This document shows, in pieces, positions 37,163 to 51,820 of a stretch of DNA of 64,000 nucleotides (its first letter is position 1; each line of letters begins with the position of its first letter). A program made the position numbers and the translations under genes. The DNA lies in the NCBI GenBank assembly GCA_964016885.1, contig OZ024743.1:148676001-148740000 (forward strand), read 5' to 3'. Below the pieces are notes generated by a model. The model ran no database searches. It saw nothing but the letters and a program-made list of their open reading frames with translations, and was not told where the DNA came from. The DNA is from Eledone cirrhosa (lineage: Eukaryota).

Positions 37163-37669
37163 GGAGAGACATAAAATGATTGAATGAAATATTTAATTAT
37201 AATTACACAAAGTATATATATTACTTTCAGAATTAAATGATAATTTTACATTTCAATAACAGGGAAATGAAACATTTCTTTAGATACGATATATTTAATT
37301 GAGCAAAAAGAAATAAAATTAAGGAAAAATTCCAGATATTTTTTCTTTTGTTGTTCTTATTATTTTTTCATGTGCTAACAAGACAAAACTTATTCAATAA
37401 CAATTTAAGCATAGATTTGTTATTATAATTTAGAGCAAAAACAAAAGTAAACTAATTATCGGCTTGTATCTAATTCAAAAGAAAGATTAGATACTGTTTA
37501 ATCTATGGTAATATATTAACCCCCTGCCCTAGATAATTTGTTAGAAAATTGGAAAAACATATCATAAATATCAAAATTATCAAAAATGGTTAACAATTAT
37601 GAATTTCCAAAACAATTTATCTCAAGGCAAGAATTATTTCCGTCAATATATACACACACACACACACAT

Positions 37670-37725
<56 letters not shown>

Positions 37726-39260
37726 CTCTGCTTATGTATTCTAAAAGTTACAAAGGCTATTGATTTACAACTTATTAAATTTAAACATTTCATAAATTAA
37801 TTTTAAGTAAAAGAAAACAATAAATATTAAGACGATAAGGTAAGACTACTAGATGAATAAACAATAAACACATTTTTTAATGTTTTTTTAGAATATCCAT
37901 AATGACCTGCAAGCATTCTATCTTCGAAATGAAACAAAATTGTCAGAATATCTAACAAAATATATATATATAATTAAAAGATAAAAATAAAAAAATAAAA
38001 ATTAGTTTTTTTTAAAGTTGTAATATAAATAAATAAATTCTGAATTATTTTCCTTTAGGATTAATTTGTGTGGAAATTCTCTTAATTATTGGATTTTATA
38101 TAATTTTGTTTATTGGTGTTTTCGAAAATATTCATATTTTAATTCAAAAAATATATATATATCAGATAAAATTAAATATAAAAGAATAAAGAGTCAGAAA
38201 CAAATTGGTAAAAAGAAAACAAAACCAAACAATTAGCCTAACTGGAACATAGAATAGTACTACATATATAAAGTTTTGGTTTCGTACTTCATGTAGTTCT
38301 TAAATAATATAATCAATAGAAAACAGGTGTAAAAATTAATTCGATAAACACCGCTCCCTAAATTTATTTTGTCTTGGAACCCTTTTATGATTTTCCAATA
38401 ATCTCAGAACTGATACCTATATTTTATGAACATCGCTACCACCTTAATATTACTATGAAATGAATTAAAACAATTGTTTTCAGAAAGAGGATTATTCTAT
38501 ATGGGTGGGTGTTTGTGATTTATTTCACATAGAATTAAATTGTGTACCTTAACTATTTAATGAGTGGAAAAAAAACCCCACAAGCAGGTAATACACACAT
38601 CTAGGATCTCATATAACAAAAGGCAGGTGAAATGGGTGAACAAACAAACCTCTGCCAGATATCACGAGGAACACTGTAAAACCTCGCTAATAATTTTGAG
38701 GCAAGCCATCATTACCATGGGTGATGGTGATGCTGATGCACTGAAACAGCCAAGTGCCTTCATGAGCATCAGGTCTCTTTACATTCCTCTTGGAAAACCA
38801 TTTTTAATCATATATATATGTATATTCCTAGCAGGGACAATGGACATTAAATAATGATGATGGCTTATATGAGTGTCTTGGTATTTTTAATGTTGTATGT
38901 ATGTGTGTGTGTGGGAGTGTGCATTTATGTGTGTGGTCTGTCTGAATGTGTCACTCTTATTTCTAGTCAATCTTCCACACAGTAATCTTAGATGATATTT
39001 TATCATGTACTGCTAGCAAAAGGTTATAGTTTTTAGGACACAGACATATGTAATGTATATCATAATTTATAAAGAATATTTTGCCTTAAATCATAGTAAT
39101 ACTGAATCATAAAATACAAAAGTACCAGATTAAGGCCCACACTTGCCCTAACCACAGTTAACATATGATGTCCTATTGACTTTTCCATTATCTACACTGC
39201 CCAAAAGTAAAATGTTTACCCTGTCTCTAGTAATGGGAAGTCAAAAAAGAGTTAAATATT

Positions 39261-39452
39261 AGGTGGATTGGTAGTATTGGTAGAGGGTCGGACGCCATAC
39301 TTTGCGGCATAGAGTTACGGCCCTTTACAGTGTGAGTTCAAATCCTACCGAGGTTAGCTTTGCCGTTCATCTTTACAGGATCAATAAAATAAAGCACCAG
39401 TAATGCATTGGGGAAATTGCTGGCCTTGTGCCAAAAGTAGAAAGAATTATTA
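39261..39452 (+). mobile_element. SINE family A
   Basis: Consensus match. Confidence 0.9.
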
Positions 39453-39683
39453 TAGAATTCTGGCTATGAAATAACTTCCTTGATTATATTAAAAATGATG
39501 ATTTGTCTGCCCCTTTTAAAATTCTTAGAGAAACCTCCTAGCCCCAGAGGGCCTGATTCCTATACGAGAAACATTGGTATAATGGACAAGACATTAAGCA
39601 ATAAAAAGCACAGGATACAAAATAATAGATTAAACATTTTATTTTATACCAAGCCATCAACCAGGCTAAACTGCAACCATTGA

Positions 39684-39861
39684 CAGTATCGGTTGAGGGT
39701 CTGACGCCATGCTTTGCAGCAAAGAGTTACGGCCCTTTATGATCTGAGTTCAAATCCCACCGAGGTTAACTTTGCCTTTCATCCTTACGGGGTCGATAAA
39801 ATAAAGTACCAGTAATACACTGGGATAACTGCTGACCTTGTACCAAAAGTAGAAACAATTA
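39684..39861 (+). mobile_element. SINE family A
   Basis: Consensus match, slightly 5'-truncated. Confidence 0.9.
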
Positions 39862-40693
39862 TATCAGATATAATTTGTTTTTCAATTTTATTTATTTGAG
39901 ATTAATCAATAGTGAGAAAAATTATTTATTTGTAACTATGTCAACAAGAAACAAAAATGCAAATTCTCAACGCTTTTTGTTGGGGCCTTACTGCACCATT
40001 TGCACAATTTGGCACTGGTGTGTCTGTGATCTTCCCTTTACATGGAGCACAAAGCATATGCCTATTTTTCTTAATAGTTCATCCAAACCTGTAACTATAG
40101 TTAGTTATTGGTGTGTTCCACATTTAATAGATATGTATGTTCTTCAGGTATAAATTATTTTCTATTTGTTAGGTTCATAAAAGGTAAAAATGAATACAAC
40201 TATTTTGTATTGTAATTTATTTTCTTAATTAACTAATTGTTTTGTTTGTTCTTTGTTGATCCTTCAATTTCTTTTAAGTTCACTTCGAAAGATATTGTTT
40301 TTGTTTTTTTCATTTCTATGAGCTTAGTCAGTTGAGAAAAGACAGCTCCCATGAACTATTTAAGGATCATCAAGAATAGTGAGAGAAACGAAAGAAGTTA
40401 TTCTTGCAGCATAGATCGATACAGCTAAACAAAAAGATCTTTAAAATGCATCATCATCGTTTTACATCTATTTTTAATGTTTGCATGTGATAGACAGTTA
40501 TTAAGTTCTGAGGGGTAGACAGATGAAATGACTGAGTCTTGCTCATACATACCCTTCTACCAAGTATGAATATGAGTCATCCCTATTGCAGATCACTACA
40601 CAGGTGCATTTTATTGTGGCACCAGCACTATCGCTTTACAGTCAGCTGAATGCAAATTATTGTGGCAATCGACAATAATAATAATCATATATA

Positions 40694-40760
40694 TGGTTAA
40701 ATTCACATTTTCATCTGTTCGATTTCCCATCGACAGATGAAAATGTTGTGCATTTAACCA
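40694..40760. repeat. Imperfect hairpin next to TA
   Basis: tggttaaat-tcac-attttcatctg-t-tcgat-ttccc-atcga-cagatgaaaat-gtt-gtgc-atttaacca. Confidence 0.75.
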
Positions 40761-41188
40761 AATTTTGTCTACTGCAACTTGTCCCATGAACTAAGTGCTC
40801 TGCCAACACTAGATATAAATTTTTTTACGAAATTCACTACGCCATATATGGCCAAGTGGTTTAAAAGTACATATAACATTCATAAGGTTCTGCATTCAGC
40901 TCAACTGCATAGCATCTTAGGAAAGTGTTGTATTATAGCCTCGCTCAACTTAAATCTTGTGAATGAAATTGGGTGGACAAAAACTGTATGGAAGCCTGTT
41001 GATTGTACTTGTACTTCAAATGTGTAGCCCTGTCACACTGTGTCAAACTAATTTCACTTGCGAATTGCATTAACGGTACACATATCTTTGGAATACGCAA
41101 CCACTTCATACACTAATTCTATAAGTAGATCATCCAGTTGGTCAAATAACTAGATGTTCAAACTTCATGGGAGACTATTATATATATA

Positions 41189-41469
41189 TCATCATCATCA
41201 TCATCATTTAACTTCTATCTTCGACGCTAGCATGGGTTAGACGGTTTTGTTTCATTTGATGCGGGAATGGTTGGGAGACCATGTCTCGCTCACATGGCAG
41301 CGTCTCTGGCAGGTTTCTTTTATAGTGGTGGGGTGTACATTGAGTTAAGAGGTGCCTACGGACTGTAAGTTTGTATGCAATGGTAGTCGGGTCTTCTGTA
41401 CAACTGCATGGTGCCAAAGGTCTCGATCCAGTGTCATTGAGACCTTTGGCACCATGCAATTGTACAGAA
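41189..41469 (-). mobile_element. 5'-truncated RTE copy with fold-back 5' end
   Basis: (CAT)n tail, 3' UTR and ORF end TLDRDLWHHAVVQKTRL (compare SLDRDLWRYSVTEKTRL); 34-bp inverted duplication 41394-41427 / 41436-41469. Confidence 0.85.
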
Positions 41470-41479
41470 TATATATATA

Positions 41480-41556
41480 TTAGGTTGTACCACAAATTCC
41501 TGCCATTTTTTATTAAACAAATTAAAACAACGGCGGGAATTCATGCTACAACCCAA
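41480..41556. mobile_element. Tiny mariner-type MITE (about 77 bp)
   Basis: TIRs ttaggttgtaccacaaattcctgccatt / aacggcgggaattcatgctacaacccaa with TA flanks. Confidence 0.7.
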
Positions 41557-41654
41557 TATATATATATATCAAGTAAAGCAATGGAGTAAAGGACTCGTGT
41601 ATAAACCTGTAATTTAATGAGTTCAAAGGAAAATGTTTTCCTGGGCACTTCAAA

Positions 41655-41899
41655 ATACAATATAGAGAAGAAAAACACAGGAGAGTGTGTTTCCAATTAC
41701 AGGACCTATAACACCCCTAGCGTGAAGAACATATAAGCTATGAGAGGTTTGAGAAATACATCATAATTAAAAGGATAAATTAAAATGAAAAACAAATCAA
41801 CCTTATAACTAAATCAAATATGTACAGACCCTCCTAGTGGTCTTATAGATCATGTAAATGAAAACACACTCTCCTGTGTTTTTTCTCTCTATATTGTAT
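41655..41899. mobile_element. Inverted-repeat (MITE-like) element with about 66-bp arms
   Basis: atacaatatagagaagaaaaacacaggagagtgtgttt..ctag (41655-41720) versus ctag..aaacacactctcctgtgttttttctctctatattgtat (41834-41899). Confidence 0.7.
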
Positions 41900-42691
41900 A
41901 TATATATATTAATCTTACCTAGTTTATATCAGTCATATACAGTGTGTCACATTTAGGAAAATAAATATGTACATTCAGAAATATGCATTTTGAACAACAT
42001 CAATAATAATAATAATCATTTCTAACAACAATCAATAATATAATAATGTAGATATATTAAAAATATATTCTTCTCCTTTTCTTCATCAATCAAGTTTTTT
42101 GGCTGTTTAATTGAAACAGAAAGCATTAAACATTCAAAAATAATTATATTTTTAAAATAGGTATTTAATCATGATTTCTTTTAAGAGAATCCTTACATTC
42201 TCCACTTTCAAATATGTGTAAAGCTTAATGAAAATACACGGAAATATAGAAAAATATGTATTATTTAGATAAATGGAAAAGATACTTAAAACCATATCTA
42301 TTGTTTTATGAAAATCTGCATCTAAATCATTGCTTAAAAAGTCTTTTAGATTTTTCACAAAGGTGTTTAGAAATGGAAAATACTTCAGTCAAATGCTTTT
42401 GCAAGTTTATATTAATGGTAATGCTCCTTGACCTTATTGCAATACTGGGGAATAGCTGCAATCTATACTGCCTTGTCATTGCTACTAGACACACCAAGAG
42501 AATTTCCGTTCAACGGAAGTAATTTTTAACATTACCAGAAGAAAGATTTTCACTCAGTCGAATAATTCTCTTTTATTTTTGCTCTTGTTTAATGAACTTT
42601 TCCATTACTTTTTGTTTCATTTTTTTTTTTAACATTTTAAAAAATCATTTTTATTGAATTATTTTATTCACTTATTATTATTCTTATTCAC

Positions 42692-42740
<49 letters not shown>

Positions 42741-43370
42741 CATTTTCATTAATATTATTATTATTAAGTTAATTAATTTAGTTGTTTTTATATATTTTTT
42801 ATTGAAAATTTCAATATTAATCCTGTCTGACTGAATTATCTAATGTAACATTTCGAGACATAAATGTTGACTTTCTTTTTTTACATTCTTTGCATAAATA
42901 GAGATATATGTGAGTGTGTGCAAGAGTTGTGGTCTATGACTGTGTGACTGCATATGTTAGAAAGTGTATGTATGTGTGTCTTCTGCTCTGCTGCATGAGA
43001 GGGCTTTTTTAAAAATAGAATATTGGCCTCTGGCCAAACTACCAACATCTATTCTAGTGGCTGCAAGTGAAGTTTTGTCTTTGACTGACAGCCAAACTTG
43101 ACAGAATTAAAAGATACAGTATACTTTCAGTACACAGCATATGGTTGTTGAGTCTTTCAAGAGGAGAGGAGATGGCCATTTACTCCATCATAGAAGTTTT
43201 TTTTATCACTTCCTCCCAGCATATAACCTACCTACTTGTTTGCTGAGTTGGTTTCTCAGAATAAGGCATATATCAACAGATATGATAGATTTAAGAAGTG
43301 ATTAAAAATTAGTAGTCTTTTTTTATTTCGATTTTGTATTGGGGACAAGTGTCAGCTTCTCTGAAACTTG

Positions 43371-43373
<3 letters not shown>

Positions 43374-43462
<89 letters not shown>
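43374..43462. repeat. (GA)n microsatellite
   Basis: Visible directly. Confidence 0.97.
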
Positions 43463-43466
<4 letters not shown>

Positions 43467-43793
43467 CTTCAAATATGAAACTTGACCCAAATGCTTGCAA
43501 TAAAGTCACCTCTGGCAAAGGAACATAAGGGCAAGGTGGTGATGGTAAACATGTTGATGGATTAAGTCTACCAACTATGTAGGCCACAGCTAAAATTGAT
43601 CTCAGAATGCAAAGTACTGAGATGAAAGCCATGGCTCTAACAATTCCTTGGGCTGGTACTTTATTTATAAACCCTGAAAGGATGAAAATCTAAGCTCATC
43701 TTAATGGCATCTCATTTGACATTTGTTCTTAAACATATCAGCTTGGTTGTTGCAATTGTACACAAAATATACTTCCATTACTACGAAATGTCA

Positions 43794-43973
43794 GGGTGGT
43801 CGATTGGCAGAATCGGTAGAGCATCAGACAACATGCTTTGCAGCATAGAGTTACGTCTCTTTATGTTCTGATTTCAAATCCCGTCAAAGTTAGCTTTGCC
43901 GTTCATCCTTATGGGGTTGATAAAATAAAGTATCAAATTGCTGGCCTTGTGCCTAAAGTAGAAACAATTATTA
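43794..43973 (+). mobile_element. SINE family A (older copy, internal deletion)
   Basis: Diverged consensus match. Confidence 0.8.
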
Positions 43974-44723
43974 AGAGACCTTGCAACCTAGTTGGATTGA
44001 AACTTAATTTGATAATTATGAATGAGAAAACATTGTAAAACTAGAATATTTTTTTAGCCAGCTGAGCTCTGATGGTGCTACTTTAAAATTTCTGTTGTAG
44101 GACAATTTATTTCATTTATGTCTCTAATGCTTCTTGGGAAAGATATGAACATCACTAAATATGTGTTTCCTCCAGTTTATACATGTTGCTTTGTGCCAGA
44201 ATAATAGATACATCATAATGAAGTTACAACTGATGAATGACCAAACTAAGCATTTAATGTTGATAATGCTTTGCAAATTAAAATATTAACTTTTTAATGT
44301 TTACATCTATTAACATAGTGAACAAGAAAGTTATTACACTTTGTTTTAAAATAAAAGTTTCTAGTTCAAATGATGTCTGGTGTCAAGTATCCATCTAATA
44401 GAGATAAAAAAAAAATTGAAAAGAGTTATACCTATCGGTAAAGGTGAGGTTAATCACCCCCCAAAATACATAATCTTATTAACACTACTTTTCAGATATT
44501 TAGTGTCTTTCGTGTAATGTTTAAAGCAAACCTTATTTATATTTCACTATTCCTTTAATAATCATATCGAGTGTATCCCAATTTTTAAAATAGATAAATC
44601 CGATTACTTTGTTTTATGAGACAAGTAAATGGGTTGGCATCAGGGTATAAAATACTGTCTCAAAATGTCTTGTTCACTCGATACCAGTATAAAAAATTGG
44701 ACCTAAAAACGATGAGGGTAAAT

Positions 44724-44765
<42 letters not shown>

Positions 44766-46225
44766 TTTGAGAAAGAGCAGTGTAAATACTAATATCCTTG
44801 AAAAGGGTGATATAAGCTAATCTTTTTTACCTACAATCAGTTGACTTATTCTTAGAATTATAAAGTATTATTTCATATCTTAGAGAAATTCCTCAACAAA
44901 ATTCATCCTCTGAATGAGATCACTTCTCACAGGCATTGTTACATAGTTCTATATATTCAGAGTAAATATTTGATGTAGGAGTTGTTGGCAAAGCTGCTTG
45001 TACACCCTGTGGCCATTTTTACAATGTGAATTTTAATGTAGCTTTAAAGCAGATTTATAAATAACTGCAATAAATCTAATGAGTCAAAACACCAAATGTT
45101 TATTCAAATAATGGAACCATATTCTGACAGGAATGTTACATTTATAATCTGTTAAAAACTTTTAATAACACAATCCCAGAATGAATTTATTTTTCAGTGT
45201 ATTTCCAGGATGAAGCAACTCAGGTATATAATTAAAGGCCTGGTAATAATGTTAGTATAATTTCTTTGTTTAAGTGACACATATTAAGATAATTTGTTAA
45301 TAACAAAGTAAATCTAATGGTGATTTCCACCTTCCGCCTTTCTCATGAAATTATGGAATTTAGAAGCTTTTAAAAGATTTATTAACATTTTTGAATTTTA
45401 GTGCTGTCATTAGTGACTGATATTAATGAAAAGAAAAACATCTCCATAGACAAATGTACATAGTAGACACTGAATGTTTATTGCAGACATGTCTTCATTC
45501 TTACACTAGTATGTATGTGTTATTTATATATATATATATGTGTGTGCATGTGTATAGACATGCTGCTTAATCATATATAAGTACATTTAAATACATGAAT
45601 ATCCAATCATATTACAGATCAGGTACATTTACAAACTAAACATCATACAAACTACAAGATACAGCTATATAATGCCCTAAAGATAGTGAAGTTGGCATAA
45701 ATGATAAAGAACCAAATTATGTGCTTTAGAGCATTTTATTTGAGGTTTCACACATCTGATTTCAAATCTAGCCAAGATTGATTTGGTTGAGCATTCCTTT
45801 GAGAAAAAAATAACAAAAACGAAAACTCTTTTAACTAAGAAATAAATTATATAATTCAAAACCTTTATCAAAAACTTGCAACAATGACTTAACCTTATGG
45901 CTGTCTATGGTTACTTTATAATATTCAACTAAAACCATTGAGTTTCTATGTGGTTATTTGACCTGCAGGAAAAAGCAACCAAATCTCTTTCAAGAAACAA
46001 CTAACTGTCTATAAAAAAATATATTCCTGAATACACTATGCCTTAAAATCAAGTAGATCATGGAACATCTTTACTTATAGAAATAGCAGTCAAATCTGTC
46101 ATATTGCATCCTATTGTCTTTAAAACAAAACAACAGAAAGGATACATTAGATAATATAGTCATTTTCATAGAAAAAGAATACAAAACGACCACTGCTAGA
46201 AAGGCCTGCTTAAAAAGGGTTGACC

Positions 46226-46425
46226 TCATCATCATCATCACCGTTTTACGTCCGTTCTTCCACGCTAGCATGGGTTAGTCGGGTTGTCCTTTGTGGGCAG
46301 TGTCTGGTAGGCTGAGCATGCCTTGCTCATACAGGAACTGATTTGGCTTGATTTCTACAGCTGTATGCCCTTCCTAACACCAACCTCATTTACAGTGAGT
46401 GCTGGGTGCTTTTTCGTGGCGCCTG
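46226..46425 (-). mobile_element. RTE-tail / SINE B-type 3' fragment
   Basis: (CAT)n plus ggcttgatttctacagctg..cttcctaacaccaacctcatttacagtgagtgctgggtgc. Confidence 0.8.
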
Positions 46426-47640
46426 TGGCTAAAAATCAACATTATGATTAAATTCAGGCATTTTCTTGAATTAAAAAAAATGATGGGCTGGAATAGGTTG
46501 AAATTATACATAAAATCCACTATTACAGCCTCTTTTGCTTTCTTAGACATGTTCTATTCAACTACATAAATGCAATGAAATATGCCTGTATGCATTCTAT
46601 CAAAGATATCTGTACAGTGTCCTGCATGTGAGATAGAGGAATCAAAACACCCATGCAAATATACTTAGGAAATCATGACAGAAAAAAACTAATGGTAATA
46701 TTGAGAACAATGAGTTGAAGGTGACTGCATCTTGTATTGAGAATTGTGGTAAAAGAATAGGGGGTGGGGCAAATTTGACATGGTAACGATATATAGAAAA
46801 ATTATCTGAATTATAACTGAAAAGGCCTGGTGTGACACAATATAAATTGCAAGCAAAAAGGATGTGCAGAATAGTATGAGATATACTGAAGACAAGGGAC
46901 GTTTCTTTTACATGTTTCAGTCATTAGAATATACCATACAAGGACACCACCACCAGAGATATAGTAGTTAATGTCAAATGTATGAACTGAAGAACTTGAC
47001 TTGAATTTATCAGTCACAGGATGGAAGAAATTCAAAGTTAACCAAAGCAGGATTTGGACTCAGAATGTCGGAAAGGGACATAAATAAATACCAAAAAGTG
47101 TTGCATCCAGCATTTCACCGTGTTTAATGTATATATCCATATGTTGGTATGTGTTTGTAGATTGGATAGTACACTTGTACTTTAGTAATTATAATATCTG
47201 TATAGTGCTGAATGTAAGGCATATTGGTATACACCTCTTTTGTCATTTATGTTTGATGCAATTTTATTTTTCATCTGACTGGCTGTCTGATTCATTCTCT
47301 CTCTCTCCCCCTCTCTCTCTCTCTCTCTCTCACACTCACACACACACACACACTCTATCTCTCTCTCTCTTCCTTCTCTTACTATATGAATACTTGAAAG
47401 TGATATACCTTTGTGAGAAACTTGGTATTTGAAATATTTAATAACGTGTCATCATATATATGTAAGTCCTGACATACATTTTGTAAGCATATAAATTTCG
47501 ATATATATGTACATACATACATACATGTCTGCATGATATTCTTGTATATGAATGTGTTGAAGAGTGACTATATTTAAGATCTTTATGAACCTTTGTGTGC
47601 CACTTTAATTAGTCACTATTGAGTACATGTGATCAAATGC

Positions 47641-47705
<65 letters not shown>

Positions 47706-47967
47706 TGCTAGTGAGTGTGAGAAACGTTTTTGTTTTGGTCTTATATGATTTCATTTATTTATATCAATGGATGTATGTTTATCAACATGATTCTGATTAT
47801 TTTAAAGATCCTTTCAGATCTATATGCAAATTTTCATATACTCACCCATACTTTTTATATATACACACAAACATACATACACATGTATGTGAATATATAT
47901 GAATACACACACATATGAATACACACACATACATATCTACATACATATATATATATATATACACACA

Positions 47968-48003
<36 letters not shown>

Positions 48004-50115
48004 CATGTGTGGCTGTAGCTATGTATACATGTGCATGTGTGTTTACAGATACTTGTATATGTGTATGTAACTGTTTCAATGTTAGCTATCATATATTTAT
48101 TACAAAAGCTGAATTGCAATCGTATGCAAACATTTAAAACACATTGGACCGATCTGATCTGTGGCTTTTGTATCGATAAAATAAAAGAATTAATAATGTT
48201 GTAAATGTCAAGTTTATGATTTGTTGTTTCCAATGTAAAGTTGAATATGAAATATCTTTTAATTTGGATGCTTGAGATGTAGGCCCTAATAGATGGCATG
48301 GTTCTCATATTAAACTGATACTTAAATCAACAAAGTGATTTTCTCTCTATAGACAAATGCTAAGCAATTGAATTAGTTTGCATTAGATGCAAAAGCGATA
48401 TTCTGAAACAAGGCATATATTTACAGAGGTGCTGAAGAAATTAGCATCAAAGAGGCTATAATATGTATCTTGAGGAAATAGTTTATATTAAATCAACTTT
48501 CGTGGAAATATTCAATAGACGCTTTTCAGCTTTTGAATTTTCATATGCTGTTTTGGTTTGGCTTGTGAATATTGTTGTTGTTATAGCTATTGTTTTGTTT
48601 CTTTTGATATTGTTGTTGAACATTGTATAGCTTATATTTTTTGAATTAAAACAATATTAATATTAAAATAATAGTTTCTTAAATAACCCCTACATCTCTT
48701 AAGTGGAGTGTTTGTTGTTGTTGCTGTCATTGCTATTGTTGTTGTTTTTAATTTTGCTTTTGTCTGTGTGTCTTTTTGCTGATATGCAATATTTAGTTTT
48801 ATTTATTTATGTTCACCTTTTGTTATTGTACATTTTGTTTTTAAGTTTATATGTGTTTGTTTGTTTTGATTTGTTTTTGTGTTTTAAATCCTTTGACATA
48901 TGAAGTATTAATTTCCGTATTTTACATATTGGGAAGATGTGTAATAGGGGTATGTTGGTTGGGGTGGCTTCACTAGATATTTTTTGTTTGTTTTTTCCTG
49001 ACACAAGAGGGAGATGCCTGTAAACTTAAATTTTTAATGAAAAATTTGATATTGTGATAATATTTTTCTGATTAAAAATTACGCCTATATACTTAAGAAA
49101 ACATGTATGCTTATTATTACTGCTGCTTTCGTTGTTGCAATTGTTGTTGATGTTGTTCTGTAATTTTCTCTTTGATTATTTTTCACAACTCAAAAGTGTT
49201 TCCTCTAATGAGATTACAAAGTGATAGATTCTTTCTTAAATCTCCTTTTCTTCCTTCCTTCTAATATTCTATGATCTGAAACAAAGCCAGAACATATTCT
49301 AATAAATCTTCACTAAATTTTCTCTCTCTCTCATCAAAACCTTACACAGTCAACAACCTGTAAATATGTTATATAGAACGTTTTTGTCAATTTATTTAAC
49401 TTGCTGTCTTTCTTCTTTAATAACAATATAATTAGCCATCCTATCTGACTTGTCCATGTTAGTTAATTTTTTCATAAACTACACAAAGTATCAAATCACT
49501 TAAAGAATTTTCAACTCAAATCTCTGGTCAGCAGTTTAGTAATTGAGATAAATTTATCTGTTCCTGAATGATTCACACTTCCAAAGTGATAGTTTTTTGC
49601 AGAATATCTCAACCATTTTGATACCAACCCAAATTTAGTAAATTTCTCTAGATTCTTCATCAGTTAAGTGAAAACATACAGTGTATGTCATTAGAAATAT
49701 GATCGTGAAAATGTGAACTGCGCTGAAGTATGAAAGACAAAATAAAGAGTCCTGTCCCAATGTTTTGTGATATCTTTTTTAATGCTTTGTCAAAGATGGG
49801 GGGGGGGTAAAAACCCAACCTAGAGGTTGCTGCAGTAGAGAGCAGCAAAGCAGGATATTGAGTTATCTTCAAAGCGGAGACCTGGTCCAAATGCATGTAA
49901 CAGAAGGCCTTTGCTAAAGATAATCTAAGGTCCAGTGATGGTGTTATACCAGGCAATGGAGTAATTCTTGTAGCAGGCCTTACCACATAACCAATGAGTT
50001 GGCAGTAGTCCAACATGATATCCACTAAACCACTACAAACTATCAAACAAAACTCACTGCAGTATTTATTCAATCTAAATATGTTACTAATTTTTTGTTA
50101 ATATTTGTCTGTCAT

Positions 50116-50840
50116 ACAATGATTAGTTTATTATTTATTTGGAATGCTTGGGACTGAATGAGTTTCAAAATTTGAGTTTTTCAGATTTTGGAATGATTGT
50201 ATATTTGTGCCTTTAAAATGTGATGGCTTCAAGTGGGACCCAAATCTAAACTCATTGCCCCATTACATTACTTAAAACAGTTTATAAAAATACTATAAAA
50301 GCAGTTTTATATAGATTGGGTGCTAGTCTATTTTTGTATGTGATGTAATAGTTACTTTTGGGACATTTTGTCACTTTTATCTATAAATCTGTCAATGTTT
50401 TTGTTCAATGTTTTGTCAATGCTTTTGTTCAGCATGAGAACCACATAAAGGATTATGAATTACTTTTGATTTTTACACTTTCATTTTCTGCCTACCTACA
50501 AAAGATTTGTGAAATCACTTTCCAAAATTTATAACATCAATATAAAACAATGAATAGTGAAATCCACACGAACACAATTTATAAAATAATGAAATAATTT
50601 TAACAAAGCTTATATTCAACTGTTTCGTAATTGATTGCAAAATTTGAAAATGAGTGATCATTTAATTGGCACCAGCAGTCAATTTTATCTAAACAAATGG
50701 CAAAGATCAAGTCACTTAGCAATCATTTCTACTCTTTTCTTAAACATCTGTGAAATGGCTAACAATTCTTGCATAAAAAAATTATGAATATTAGAGGTTC
50801 TTGTTTCGGAATTTCAAATAAAGGGTTATCAAGTGCTGTA
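50116..50840. mobile_element. Possible Tigger/pogo-like non-autonomous element
   Basis: Left end aatgcttgggac..ttttcagattttggaat and right end ttcggaatttcaaataaagggttatcaagtgctgta resemble Tigger-derived MITE termini; highly degenerate. Confidence 0.35.
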
Positions 50841-51099
50841 TATGTTATACTTCCATTATAATACAGCTCTAGTATATGTTGTATATTAGACGTAGGTTTA
50901 TCGTATTATTCTACAGTAGAGCTTATAGAGTTTACAAATATATTTAGTGAAAATATTTCTATCATAACTGATCAGAAATGTTTCTGTCTGTTAAGATTTA
51001 TGAGGTACAGAACAAAATTCTAATTTCAAATATAAAATATACATAAAGAGTTGTTTGAGACAGTATGTATGCATATTATATCTACATGAAAATGTATAA

Positions 51100-51148
<49 letters not shown>

Positions 51149-51820
51149 GCCAGCCCCCTGTATCATGAAAAGAAAATCTTTTTGCAGGGAAATTATTAGA
51201 TTTTTTTCAAATTTTAAAGTTTCTTAGGGACTTTCAATGTTTATTTTAGGTTTTGCCATCTGAAGAGATCAGGCTATCATAATTACTAGTCCTCAGTGAA
51301 ATATGTATAACAGAGTTTTAAATAAACCTGAATCAACTGAATAAGGCCTCCAATCTTTTATTAATATATATATAGATATATATATATATTAATAAAAATA
51401 TAGCATATGCATATATATATAAAGAATTTGAAGTATGAAAACCACGACAATGCAGGCTTGGATGGAGCAAAATTTATTTTTCTCTGTCCAAACTTGCATT
51501 GTCGCAGCTTTCAAACTTCAAATTCTTTATACCATATACGATGCTTCAAGTATATCTATACACATATATACATATGTGTGTGTGCGCAGGCGTGCATGTG
51601 TGTGTAATTATGCATATTCCTTGTGTAGCTCAGTATTATATATGTAATATATTTATGTGTGTATATAAAATATAGATACATGCAAGGTAGTAATTATTCA
51701 TATGAAACAGAAATGTAATACACATTTCCCCCAAAATATCCTGATTTACACTTACACACTATCTTACAATGCAAAACACTTCATGTCTCTGATCCTCATG
51801 TCACAAAGCATTGGCAAACT

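Noticed and set aside
51355-51398. Palindrome ttttattaa(TA)n ttaataaaa
   Set aside because: Largely explained by the self-complementarity of (TA)n and low complexity.
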